Source of the DNA: Malacoraja senta
Lineage: Eukaryota
Length of the DNA: 64,000 nt
Direction of reading: 5' to 3'
Assembly: GCA_038087875.1 (NCBI GenBank)
Contig: CM075987.1
Location: forward strand, 27,034,001 to 27,098,000
In this document: in pieces, positions 48,203 through 60,933 of the stretch
Numbering within the stretch: the first letter of the stretch is position 1
How the letters are laid out: every line of letters starts with the position of its first letter
The notes under the pieces: generated by a model
Database searches by the model: none
What the model was told of the DNA's origin: nothing
Seen by the model: the letters and a program-made list of their open reading frames with translations, nothing else
Translations under genes and position numbers: made by a program

Positions 48203-48562
48203 TATTGGGACGACAGATGGCGCAATGGGCTAAGTGTTCAGCTGGCAACCGGAAGGTAGCCGGTTCGAATCCCGTTTGGAGTGCATACTGTCGTTGTGTC
48301 CTTGGGCAAGACACTTCACCCACCTTTGCCTGCGTGTGAATGTGTGTGAATGTGTGTGAATGTGTGTGAGTGATTGGTGGTGGTCGGAGGGGCCGTAGGC
48401 GCAGATTAGCAGCCACGCTTCTGTCAGTCTGCCCCAGGGCAGCTGTGGCTACAGAAGTAGCTCACCACCACCGAGTGTGACTGAGGAGTGAATGAATAAT
48501 GCGATGTAAAGCGCCTTGAGTATTAGAAAGGCGCTATATAAATCCCATCCATTATTATTATT
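48203..48562 (+). mobile_element. tRNA-derived CORE-type SINE with L2-type tail
   Basis: A box TGGCGCAATGG, B box GGTTCGAATCC, core GTGTCCTTGGGCAAGACACTTCACCC, tail TGTAAAGCGCCTTGAG...AAAGGCGCTATATAAAT(ATT)n, TSD ATTATATTG. Confidence 0.85.
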
Positions 48563-51500
48563 ATTATATTGAAATAATCAAAGTAGTGAAGATGATATTA
48601 TAATGAATGACAAGATATTTTGAATGCCTTATTAATAAAGCCACAGTGCTTAAATACAGCTCTTCGTTCAAATCCTTCTTTCCATTATTTTTAACATACA
48701 CATAATGGCCCCATTGAGATCAAAGTATTCATAACAATGACACGATCACAGAGGTGAGAGGCTGAGAGAAGCTTCTGCAACGTCTGTGATATCGTATAGG
48801 AAGGAACTGCAGATGCTGGTTTAAGCCGAAGATAGACACAAAAAAGCTGGAGTAACTCAGCGGGACAGGCAGCATCTGTGGAGAGAAGGAATGGGGAGAG
48901 TAGGTCTGAAGAAGGGTCTCGACCCGGAACGTCACCAGCTCCTCCTCTCCATAGATGCTGCCTGTCCCGCTGAGTTACTCCAGCTTTTTGTGTGTGTGTC
49001 AGTGATGTTGTTGTGTGATTCACAGAAGGATGAAATTGCACATCGGAGAAATAATCTTTGCGAACGGGAAGTGGAAATTCTAGTAGTATTTACACCTCAC
49101 CACATCTCACCACTCAGTGTCACCCAAAATACATCCTGTTCGATTGTTGGCATCAAAGGTTTTTATTGAAGGGCACATTGCTCACTGGCACAGAGTGCAA
49201 GAACACAACCATACACTAAGGGTTTAGTTTAGTTTAGAGATAGACAATAGGTGCAGGAGTAGGCCATTCGGCCCTTCGAGCCAGCACCGCCATTCAATGT
49301 GATCATGACTGATCATCCCCAATCAGTCACCCCGTTCCTGCCTTCTCCCCATATCCCCTGACTCCGCTATATTTAAGAGCCCTGTCTAGCTCTCTCTTGA
49401 AAGTGGAAACAGGGAAACAGGCCCTTCGGCCCACCAACCCAGATACCCAGTTCTACACACTAGGGGCAAGTTACAGAGGCCAATTAGCCCCGTTCACCCC
49501 ACTACACTAACACTATCCTACACACACTAGGGACAATTTACATTTATCCTAAGCCAATTAACCGACACACCTGTACGTCTTCGTAGTGTGGGAGGAAACC
49601 GGAGCTCCTGGAGAAAACCCACGCAGGTCACGGGGAGAACGTACAAACTCCGTACAGACAGCACCCGTAGTCAGGATCGAACCCGGGTCTCTGGCACTGT
49701 AAGGCAACAACTCTACCGCTGCACCACCATGCTGCCCAATTGCAGGGCTTTGTTGAGGATAGAGTTGGATACATTTTGGAAATTGAACATTTTCACGACT
49801 GGTTCATAAAATATATCCATCGAATATATCTTAAATCCACAAAATATATCTTAAATATCTCCATTAATAAGTATTTGATGCCTGACTATATCACTGGAAA
49901 CATTCATATTCTCACTCCCAATCACAATAGGGTGGATGTGGACTGGATGTTTCCACTAGTGGGAGAGTCCAGGACCAGAGGTCACAGCCTCGGAATTAAA
50001 GGATGTACCTTTAGAGATGAGGAGGAATTTCTTCAGTCAGAGGGTGGTGAATCTGTGGAATTCATTGCCACAGACAGTTGCAGAGACCAAGTCAATGGAT
50101 ATTTTAAGGCAGAGATAGATAGATTCTTGATTAGTGCGGGTGTCAGGGGTTATGGGGGGAAGGCAGGAGAATGGGGTTTGGAGGGAGAGATAGATCAGCC
50201 ATGATTGAATGGCAGAGTAGACGATGGGCTGAATGGCCTAATTCTGCTCTTATCACATAAACGTATGAAGTAACAAATAAGGAACAGCGACAATGTAGAC
50301 AAACAAGTTTGGATAAATTTCTAATGACCAGAACAACTTTTACATCCCAAGTCCCTATTAATTAAATGAATTAAAGTCAATTTATTCCTAAACTCTCTTC
50401 AATAATAATGAATGCTTTTAATGTAGCGATTCTTTCACTCCTTAACTGCCTATTGATCAAAAAGATCGATAACCTCAGTAATGGAGAATTACTCATTGTA
50501 ATACTATTAATTCAACAAACAGGTAACTCAACCAGACTTTGAGCTGTGAGCAGCTACATTCGGTTCTCATTCTGCTTAAACTTTCTCACTTAGGTCCACG
50601 AGAATGATCCCAGGAATGAGTGGGTTATCCTATGATGAGCGTTTAACCTATGATAAGGCACTGGGCCTGTACTCGCTGGAGTTTAGAAGGATGTGGGGGG
50701 GTCTCATTGAAACAGGCCCTTCGGCCCACCAACCCAGATACCCAGTTCTACACACTAGGGGCAAGTTACAGAGGTCAATTAGCCTCTCAGGGGGGACCTC
50801 ATTGAAACTTATCGAATAGTGAATGGCTTGGATAGAGTGGATGTGAAGAGGATGTTTCCACTAGTGGCAGAGTCTAGGACCAGAGGCCACAGCATCAGAA
50901 TAAAAGGACGTACCTTTAGAAAGGAAGAAGGGTCTCGACCCGAAACGTCACCTATTCCTTCGCTCCATAGATGCTGCCTCACCCGCTGAGTTTCTCCAGC
51001 ATTTTGGTCTACCTTCGATTTTTCCAGCATCTGCAGTTCTTTCTTTTTCCTTTGGAAAGGAGATGAGGAGGAATGTCTTTAGTCAGAGGGTGGTGAATCT
51101 GTAGAATTCATTGCCACAGGTGGCTGTGGAGGCCAAGTATTTGGATATTTTTATGGCGGAGATAGATAGATTCTTGATGAGTAAGGGTGCCAAAAGTTAA
51201 GGGGTGAAGGCAGGAGAATGGGGTTGAGAGGGAGAGATAGATCAGCCAAGAGTCAAGAGTCAAGAGAGTTTATTGTCATGTGTCCCAGATAGGACAATGA
51301 AATTCATGCTTTGCATCAGCACAACGGAATATAGTAGGCACGAATACAGACCAGATCATATCAGTGTGTCCATACATCATTATATAAATATATACACACC
51401 ATGATTGAATGACGGAGTAGACTTGATGGGCCAAATGTCCTATTTCTGCTCCTAGAACTTATGAACATGAAATTGTAAGGAGTGGGAATATGGTGACTCT

Positions 51501-53875
51501 GAGAATGGATCAATACATGAATTTAGCATCTCGGTTATTAATACGATCAATAAGTCAAGAAGATGCATTTCTAAACCTCTCTCTCAGCTGTCTACCACTG
51601 ATACAGCTGATATGATGGTTGGAAAGGAAAAGCAGTGGCGATGAAAATCACTACAAAAAGGAAATGACTTGAGATTCTGTTGTCAGTTTAGACGCTCATG
51701 CTATCTTCATGTTCATAAGCTCTCGGAGCAGAATTAGACACCCTCGTAAATCTGACAATATCTTTTTCTGCATTTACGCGATCTATTCCTCTCCTAATTT
51801 TGTAATCCTTTATAAGTTTGTTAGTGATAGGAGCAGAATTAAGCCATTCGGCCCATCAAGTCCACCCTGCCATTCAATCTACCTCTCCCTCCTAACCCCA
51901 TTCTCCTGCCTTCTCCCCATAACCCCTGACACCCGCACTAATCAAGGATCTGTATATCTTCATCTTAAAAATATCCTTTGACTTCTGTGGCAATGAATTC
52001 CACAGATTCAATACACAATTTATGTCCATAAATCATAGGAACAGAATGAAGCCATTCGACCATAGAGTCTACTCCGCCATTCAAGAGAGAGCTAGATAGG
52101 GCTCTTAAAGATAGCGGAGTCAGGGGATATGGGGAAAAGGCAGGAATGGGGTACTGATTGGGGATGATCAGCCATGATCACATTGAATGGCGGTGCTGGC
52201 TCGAAGGGCCGAATGGCCTACTCCTGCACCTATTGTCTATCTCTAAACTAATCTAAACCCTTAGCGTATGATTGTGTTCTTGCACTCTGTGCCAGTGAGC
52301 AATGTGCCCTTCAATGAGCAGTGAGCAATGAGCTCCTGCACCTATTGTCTATTGTCTATTGTCAATCATGGCTGATCTATCTCTCCCTCCGAACCCCATT
52401 CTCTCGCCTTCTCCCCATAACCCCTGGCACCCGAACTAATGAAGAATCTATCACTTTGTGTCTATCTTTGGTATAAACCATATTCAGCAGTTGTTTCGAA
52501 ATAAATCAGGAGAATCCACCATTTAAGAATGTTTACCCAGAGTGTAGACAGTACATACTGTGCAGAAATATTACTCTTATTTTTTTTATCAATTGCATAT
52601 CAAGTATGCAAACAGGCCATTTTAGTCCCTGTAGGGACATCTGATTATACAGATCAAATGCACGTTAATTATCCAATAGCTGTCACATTTAATCATCTTT
52701 CTCAATCTTTCGTACTGAAATGTGTGAATGGAAATGACACACTGGCAGGCAGCAATGCCTTGGGACATTCAAAACATTCTGAAGACAGACACAAAACGCT
52801 GGAGTAACTCAGCGGGTGAGGCAGCATCTATGGAGCGAAGGAATAGGTGACGTTTCGGGTCGAGAGAGTATCTCTCGACCCGAAACCCGCTGAGTATCTC
52901 CAGCATTTTTGGCTACCTTCTTCAGACTGAGAGTCAGGGGAGAGGGAGACGAGAGATATAAAAGGGTACGGTGTGAAAACGACAGATCAAAGGGGAAGTT
53001 GCACAAGGAAATGTAGAATGGTTTATTGTCAGCTGAGGGGAAGGTGACAACAGTCAGTAATATTTAATCTGTTGGACAGTGGATCTATGTAGGAAGGAAG
53101 ATGCTGGTTTAAACCGAAGATAGACACGAAAAGCTTGAGTAACTCAGCGGGTCAGGAAGCATCTCTGGAGAAGAGGAATGGGCGACGTTCCGGGTCGAGA
53201 CCCTTCTTCAGAACTGGTCGGAGAACTAGGATGGGGGAGGGATGGAGAGAGAGAGGGAAAGCAAGAGTTATTTGAAGTTAGAGACATCAATATTCGTACC
53301 GCTGGGTTGTAAGCTGCCCAGGCGAAATCAAGACATCCTTCTGGTCGAGAGAATGGAAAATATTTTTTCTCAGGAGGCCTTAGCAAGTGTTTTAGAAAGT
53401 CCAGGAGCTTGCTAGGTGATTAGCACGGACTCTACAGCTCTGCCAAGGAAAAATGCCAAGAGTTCGATCTTGAGAAAAGGCAGCAACACTTCTTTCTCTG
53501 TGCTAATGAAATGCTATTTCATCTTTCTGCTACATTCCTCCAGAGTTGCCGTTCCCCTGTATTCAACAAGCAATCAACCATCACACATGAGGAGTCCCAT
53601 GTCTGTGCAGCATAAAAGAAGATTCATTTTCAACACATATGCTGGGACCGGAACTGCTGATCTACTGAAAGGATTGAAATTTGAATGTGTGTGAGGGGTT
53701 TGGATGAAGGTGAGAATAGTATAATGTTCATAAGTCATAGGAGCAGAATTAGGCCATTCGGCCCATCAAGTCTACTCCGCCATTCAATCATGGCTGATCT
53801 ATCTCTCCCGCCTAACCCCATTCTCCTGCCTTCTCCCCATAACCCCTGACACCCGCACTAATCAAGAATCTATCT

Positions 53876-54018
53876 TCTTCTTCTTCTTGCGTATGGCGTG
53901 CACAGCCTAAAGTTGCAGGACAACTTGTTCTATTTGATCTTATTTGATTGTGCACGCCAGGGTTGATTGCATTTGTCGAAACAGGGTGGACCACGTGAAG
54001 GTTGCAATCTCCCACCCC
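53876..54018 (-). mobile_element. Short retroposon, family A copy 2 (HDV-like ribozyme head, (GAA)n tail)
   Basis: 12-bp TSD AAGAATCTATCT (53864-53875, 54019-54030) inside a CR1 3'UTR. Confidence 0.9.
53965..54018 (-). ncRNA. Predicted minimal HDV/CPEB3-like ribozyme (54 nt)
   Basis: GGGGUGG-GA-GAUUGCA-ACC-UUCACGU-GGU-CCACCCU-GU-UUCGA-CAAA-UGCAAUC. Confidence 0.82.
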
Positions 54019-54377
54019 AAGAATCTATCTATCTCTGCCTTAAAAATACCCAATGACTTGGGTATACCCTCCACAGTCTTCTGTGGCAATGAATTCTGCA
54101 GATTCACCACCCTCCGACTAAAGAAATACCTCCTAATCTCCTTCCTAAAGAAACGTCCTTTAATTCTGAGTATGACATCTGATCCCAGACTCTCCCACAT
54201 GTGGAAACATCCTCTCCACATCCACTCTATCCAGGCCTGTAATACATCACCACAGAAAGAAGGGGGCTATTTTCTCAGCTCTCTCTTGCTTTAATTAGTG
54301 TGCCTATATTTCAGATGAGTTGGCCTTTGCTTAGTTTACTGACATTAGGCTTGAAATCACTCCAGACTCCAGAGTAC

Positions 54378-54680
54378 GTTTAGATTAGTTTAGTTTAGAG
54401 ATACAGTGCAGAAACAGGCCCTTCAGCCCACCGAGTCCGTGCCGACCGGAGTTCCCCGCACACCAATGTTATCCTACACACACTAGGGACAATTTACAAT
54501 TATACCGAGCCAATTAACCTACAAACCTGTGTGGGAGAAAACCGGAGCTCCTAGAGAAAACCCACGCAGACCCCGGGGAGAATGTACAAACTCCCTACAG
54601 ACAGCACCCGTGGTCAGGATCGAACCCGGGTCTCTGGCGCTGTGTGGCAGCAACTCTTCTGCTGCGCCACCGCGCCGCCC
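54378..54680 (-). mobile_element. HE1-type V-SINE
   Basis: Family consensus match. Confidence 0.82.
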
Positions 54681-55818
54681 TTGCCCAGGGAGAACCTCAA
54701 ACAACTGAGCAATCGTAGATCGATATTGAAGGTAGACACAAAATGCTGGAGTAGATCAGCGGGACAGGCAGCATCGCTGGAGAGAGGGAATGCGTGACTC
54801 TTCGCGACCCTTCTTCAGACTGAGACTCAGGGGAGAGGGAAACTACGGTTATGAAAAGGTATGGAACAAATCAGAGCTGGCACCAATCACTCAGGAAAGG
54901 TGGAGCCCACAGTGGTCCATGTTAAAGCTACTGTCTGATCGTGATTGAGGCAGGTTACTTTTCTTGAGGACTGGAATGATGGAGTATTCCTCGAAACAGA
55001 TGGGGACAGTGGACTGTCGAGGTGAGATTGAAGATATCTTTGTCATAGAGTCATACAATATGGCTAAGTTCTTTAGCTTTTAGTTTTGAGATACAGCACG
55101 GATACAGGCCCTTCGGGGAATTTTCCCACACCGGCCAACATATCCCATCTACACTAGTCCCACCTGCCCGCGTTTGGACCATATCCCTCTAAACCTGTCC
55201 TATCCATGTACCTGTCTAACTATTTCTTAAACATTGGGATAGTCCCAGCCTCGACCACCTCCTCCGACAGCTCGTTCCATTCACCCACCACGCTTTGTGT
55301 GAAAAAGTTACCCCTCAGATTCCTATTGAATCTTTTCCCCCTCACCTTAAACCTATGTCCTCTGGCCATCGATTCCCCTACTCTGGGTTAAAGACAGACA
55401 TAAAATGCTGGAGTAACTCAGCGGGTCAGGCAGCATCTCTGGAAGAATAGGATGGATGTGTTCCAGGTCGAGACTCTTCTTCAGATTAAATCACTCAGTG
55501 CGTCCACCCGATCTATTCCTCTTGTAGCGGGGTCTCACGGGTGTCCAGTCAAGAATTAGTCGAACACAAAGTTGTGAGAACGAAATGTATTTTATTACTA
55601 TTACCGTGCTGCTTCCTACCCACAACTCGTGCATGGGCGTTACCAAACCTTAAATACCAGGGCCAGACCCCATGACCAAACGCCTCCCACTCCAAGATGC
55701 TCAACCCCTCCATCCTGACCCGAGGAATCGCTATGCCCATGGCTGGCCACCAGGTGCCGCCACACTCTCATGATTTGGTACACCTCTATAAGATCACCCC
55801 TCACCCTCTACTCTCCAA

Positions 55819-56133
55819 TGGCCCTGACCCACGGTATGAGTTCATTCCAAGAGCTCTCCCGAGTTTAAAAAAAAATCGTGGTAAACACGGAGAATGAACG
55901 TAGCGGGTATGTCGGAGCTCGGGACGTCTCTTAGCGGCTCGTAACACTAACGGCAGGTACTCGGGAAACGTGGTAAGCTCGGGAAGACTCGTGAAGATTT
56001 TTCAACATGTTGAAAAATGTCCACGAGAGCCCCGAGTACCTGCGAGCGGCCTTTTTACCGTAAATCTCCGAGTTCGAATCAGGGCAAACTCGGGAGAACT
56101 CTTTGAATGAACTCGTACAGTGGGACAGGGCTT
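55819..56133. mobile_element. MITE with about 45-bp imperfect TIRs (Harbinger-like, second family)
   Basis: GCCCTGACCCACGGTATGAGTTCATTCCAAGAGCTCTCCCGAGTTT versus AAACTCGGGAGAACTCTTTGAATGAACTCGTACAGTGGGACAGGGC; splits a CR1 fragment. Confidence 0.78.
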
Positions 56134-58599
56134 TAAGGAATAGAGACCTAGCCTGCTTAAACTCTCCCTGTAGCTCAGAAACTTGAGTTCTGGCAACATC
56201 CTCGTAAATCTTCTCTGTGCCCTTTTCCAGTAGTGCAGCCTATGGACTGTTGACTGGTGCATGATTTCATTAGCCATCCACTGTCAACATCTATAGAAGT
56301 CCAACATCAAGTTAAACAGAGAACATATTGAAACAGCGGGACCACAACATTATTCCCTTGTCATGTATCTGTGCACTGTGCTCGATTGTAATCTTTGCGC
56401 TGACTGGTTAGTACGCTACCAAAGCTTTTCACTGTACCTCGTTAGACGTGACAATAAACTAATCTGAACTGAAGAGGCATTTAAAACCTAATTGAGCCTA
56501 AATCTATTTGAGTTTCAATCAGAACCAACTGAGAAGCCATCAATATCAAACTTGTCCATGGACTATTGCGAGTTAGATTTTAGACTTTAGAGATACAACG
56601 CGGAAACAGGCCTTTCATCCCACCGAGTCCGTGCCGACCAGCGTACACTAACTTGCACACATCAGGGAGAATATTGAGCCTTGGACTATCCTTGATCAGA
56701 CTTTGCTGGATTTACCTTGCACTAAACATTATTCCCTTATCATGTATCTGTACACTGTAAATGGCTCAATTGTAATCATGTGTTGTCTTTCCGCTGACTG
56801 GATAGCACGCAACAAATGCTTTTCACTGTACCTCGGTACATGTGACAATAAACTAAACTAAACTGCATGGAAGAGTAAGAGGCGATGAGCATGAAATGGC
56901 CGTCACAGTTAAACGCTGCAGATATAGTGACGATGTTCCAGAATTTAAGTTGCTGCTTCGTTGTCGTATTCAGTGAGTGCAGGAAGGAACTACAGATGTT
57001 GGTTTAAACCGAAGATAGACACAAAATGCCAGAGTAACTCAGCGGGCATCTCTGGAGGAGAAGGAATGGGTGACGTTTCGGGTCGAGACCCTCGATTCCG
57101 TGAGTGTTGCTTTAAGACTAGCAGCACATGCCCAACTGCAAACCTTCTATTGTAGAAAGACACAAAATGACTTTAGACTTGAGAGGGACAGCGTGGAAAC
57201 AGGCCCTTCAGCCCACCGAGTCCGTGCTGACCAGCGATCATCCCGTACACAAGCACTATCCTACACACTAGAGATAACTTACAATTTTAAAAAGCCAATT
57301 AACCTAAAAACCTGAGGCAGACAAAAATGCTGGAGAAACTCAGCGGGTTCTTCACCCATTCCTTCGCTCCGTAGATGCTGCCTCACCCGCTGAGTTTCTC
57401 CAGCATTTTTGTCCACCTTCGATTTTTCAAGCACCTGCAGTTCTTTCTTAAACCTAAAAACCTGTATGTCTTTGGAGTCTGGAAGGAAACCGGAGCTCCC
57501 GGAGAAACACACTCGGAGAAAAATGAATTGTTTAATTCTGGCGTTCGATGATATCAATCAATTTTATGTATTTTTCAAGGAACTTTTAATTACACCGAAA
57601 TAAGGATTTAATAGTTGAGCAGGGAACTTGAATGTGTTTTTCCACATTATTATTACACTACTAGTATTCAGCAAGAGTATTTTTATTTTTACAGCCAGAA
57701 CACAATTAACTTTTATGCTTCGGGACAGATTGATCTTGTAACTGCAATGGAATCGAGCCAAACTCGCTCGTCTCAAGAATGAGCAACTGCGCCTTGCGTG
57801 TAGTAGCAGAACGCTTGATTTATTAATTATCCTGCGTACAATAAATCTGGTGGAGTTTGGTATCAACCTGGAGCAGTTTAGTAAGTTGCTGCAAGCCAAG
57901 GCACTCAACTCAATCTGAAATCAAAACAACCTACTTGGAGTGTTCCATTGGTGATCTAACTGCAAACCGTGGAGGAGAAGGGGAACAGGAATATCAAGTC
58001 AAGAGTGTTTTATTGTCATGTGTCCCAGATAGAACAATGACATTCTAACTTGCAGCAGCACGACACAATATGGAAACCTTGTACACTGTAAACAATATAA
58101 TAATCGAGAAAAAAAAGTGTGTATACTCACACACACACACACACATATATATATTATATATGTATATATGTTTAAGAAGGAACTGCAGATGCTGGAAAAA
58201 TCAACGGTAATAATAATAATAATAATAATCATTTTATTTACTGGCGCTTTTCTAAAACCCAAGGACACCTTACAATGTATAGAATCACAAAAAAAAATAC
58301 AAAACCCATAATCGGAATAAATTAAATATAAAAACACCACAGTACACAAATCAAGGACAGAATTCAATTTCAAGAGCACCAAAAGAAAATAAGAAACACA
58401 AAGGTAGATAGAAATGCTGGAGAAACTCAGTGGGTGAGGCAGCATCTAAGGAGCGAAGGAATAGGTGACGTTTCGGGTCGAGACCCTTCTTCAGACCCTT
58501 CTTCAAACAGGTCGAGAAAAGGGTCTCGACCCGAAACGTCACCTATTCCTTCGCTCCATAGATGCTGCCTCACCCACTGAGTTTCTCCAGCATTTTAAT

Positions 58600-58950
58600 C
58601 TATATATATACACACACACATATACACATAGATGCAAATAAACAAAGGTAAAAACAAGTAATATTCGTGCAATAATAACAATAACAGTCTATTGTAGTTC
58701 AGAGCTTGTTTGAGGTTGTGGTGGTTTAATAGCCTGATGGCTGTAGGGAAGAAGCTGTTCCTGAACCTGGATGTTACAGTTTTCAGGCTCCTGTACCTTC
58801 TTCCCGATGGCAGGGACGGAATGAGTGTGTGGCCAGGGTGGTGTGGGTCTTTGATGATGCTGGCTGCCTTTTTGAGGCAACGACTCCGGTAAATCCCATC
58901 GATGGAGGGGAGGTCAGAGCCTGTGATGGACTGGACAGTCTTCACAACTT
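58600..58950 (-). mobile_element. Rex1/Babar-like LINE 3' end
   Basis: LPSIDGIYRSRCLKKAASIIKDPHHPGH...RFRNSFFPTAIRLLN. Confidence 0.82.
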
Positions 58951-59404
58951 GTTGCCATTCGGCCCTTCGTGCCAGCACGGCCATTCAATGTGATCATGGC
59001 TGATCATCCACAATCATTACCCCGTTCCTGCCTTCTCCCCATATCCCCTGACTCCGCTATCTTTAAGAGCTCTGTCTAGCTCTCTCTTGAAAGCATCCAG
59101 AGAACCAGCCTCCACCATAGAAAATTCCACAGACTCACTACTCTCTGTGTGAAAAAGCTTTTCCTCATCTCTGTTCCAAATGGCTTACCGAAGTTGCCTA
59201 ACCAGGCCTTGCTGCAACCTGTCAATATGCTCTCTACTGTACACCTGTAGAAGTCCAAGAGAATCCTCTCTGGCATACCGGATCTCCCTAATCTTCTCAG
59301 GATGCAGAGGCGTTGATGTGCTTTCTTTATTGCATCAGTGTGCTGGGTCCAGGATATGGTTGGATGGGATAGGTGAGTGTGTGAGAATAGGTCATTACAT
59401 ACTT

Positions 59405-59963
59405 TTCGAGAGAAGTATTGTGTGCAGTTTTGGTCCCCTAATTTGAGGAAGGACATTCTTGCTATTGAGGGAGTGCAGCGTAGGTTTACAAGGTTATTTC
59501 CAGGGATAGCGGGACTGTCATATGCTGAGAGAATGGAGCAGCTGGGCTTGTACACTCTGGAGTTTAGGATGAGAGGGGATCTCATTGAAACATATAAGAT
59601 TGTTAAGGGTTTGGACACGCTAGAGGCAGGAAACATGTTCCCGATGTTGGGGGAGTCCAGAACCAGGGGCCACAGTTTAAGAATAAGGAGTAAGCCATTT
59701 AGAACGGAGACGAGGAAACACTTTTTCTCACAGAGAGTGGTGAGTCTGTGGAATTCTCTGTCTCAGAGGGTGGTGGAGGCCGGTTCTCTGGATGCTTTCA
59801 AGAGAGAGCTAGATAGGGCTCTTAAAGATAGTGGAGTCAGGGGATATGGAGAGAAGGCAGGAACGGGGTACTGATTGGGGATGATCAGCCATGATCACAT
59901 TGAATGGCGGTGCTGGCTCGAAGGGCCGAATAGCCTACTCCTGCACCCATTGTCTATTGTCTA
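59405..59963 (+). mobile_element. CR1 LINE 3' portion
   Basis: ORF 59377..59874 (YCVQFWSPNLRKD...GYGEKAGTGY), 3'UTR and tail. Confidence 0.9.
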
Positions 59964-60933
59964 TAACACTAAGAATTTTAAAGATTTTCTCCTTCATTTG
60001 ATATTCACAGTCTGATATATATATATATATATATTGGAGACCCTCGGACTATCTTTGATCAGACTTTGCTGACTTTATCCTGCACTCAACATTATTCACA
60101 TTGTTCCCTTTATCAAGTATCTGTACGCTGTGGACAGCTTGATTGTGTGGTGGCGCGGACTCGGTGGGCTGAAGGGCCTGTTTCCACGCTGTATCTCAAA
60201 ACTAAACTAAACCAAAGCTTCTTCCCCTTTTTGTTTATTGGAGTTGTTTTACTGGGATTCAGCTTCAAAGACGAGTGTGGCTACACAGCTTTAATATTTC
60301 ATTGTATCCGCTGCTCCTTCGTCGAGTGGTTTCAGAACCAGCTCGCCGCCCGCTGTGTTTCAGAAACAACAACTGCCTTCATGGTGAGGACCTCGAGGCG
60401 TGAACGTAACCTGAAGATGGAGGAACGGGGAGGGATGTCCCAGCAACCGAGGACAGGAGCTCGCGTTTGGGTCCAGCAGTCCCGCACCCTGGAGAAAAGC
60501 CATGAAGGGGACATGGGGGGGGAGGAAGAAGAGTTGGATGCATCATCTCCCACCATGGAGGAACTCCGCTAGCATTAGCCTCGGGCAACAGATATTGTCT
60601 TACAACCTATTCTCAGCTGGAACCAAGCTCACACCATCGGCCCTGAGGCATGGAGGAGGCTTACAGCAGCAATTGAGCTAAGCCAAGGGCTAGAAAGTCT
60701 CCAACATTATCATTGAAGTAATTCCGTGAATCAGTACGATGTGTGGAAAGCTACCTATTAAAAGACCGTACTAAGATATCGAAATAATAATAATAATAAT
60801 AGATTTTATTTATATAGCGCTTTTCAGGACTCAAAGAAATGTGTTATGGTGGTAGACCAGAGAGCAATGATTTTGTCTTTATCTATTATTATTGTTGGTT
60901 TGTTTTTTATGTGCCGAGTCATTTAGTCATAAA

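Noticed and set aside
48210..48280. tRNA gene (also the heads of HE1-type copies)
   Set aside because: A and B boxes continue into SINE core and tail; these are SINE heads.
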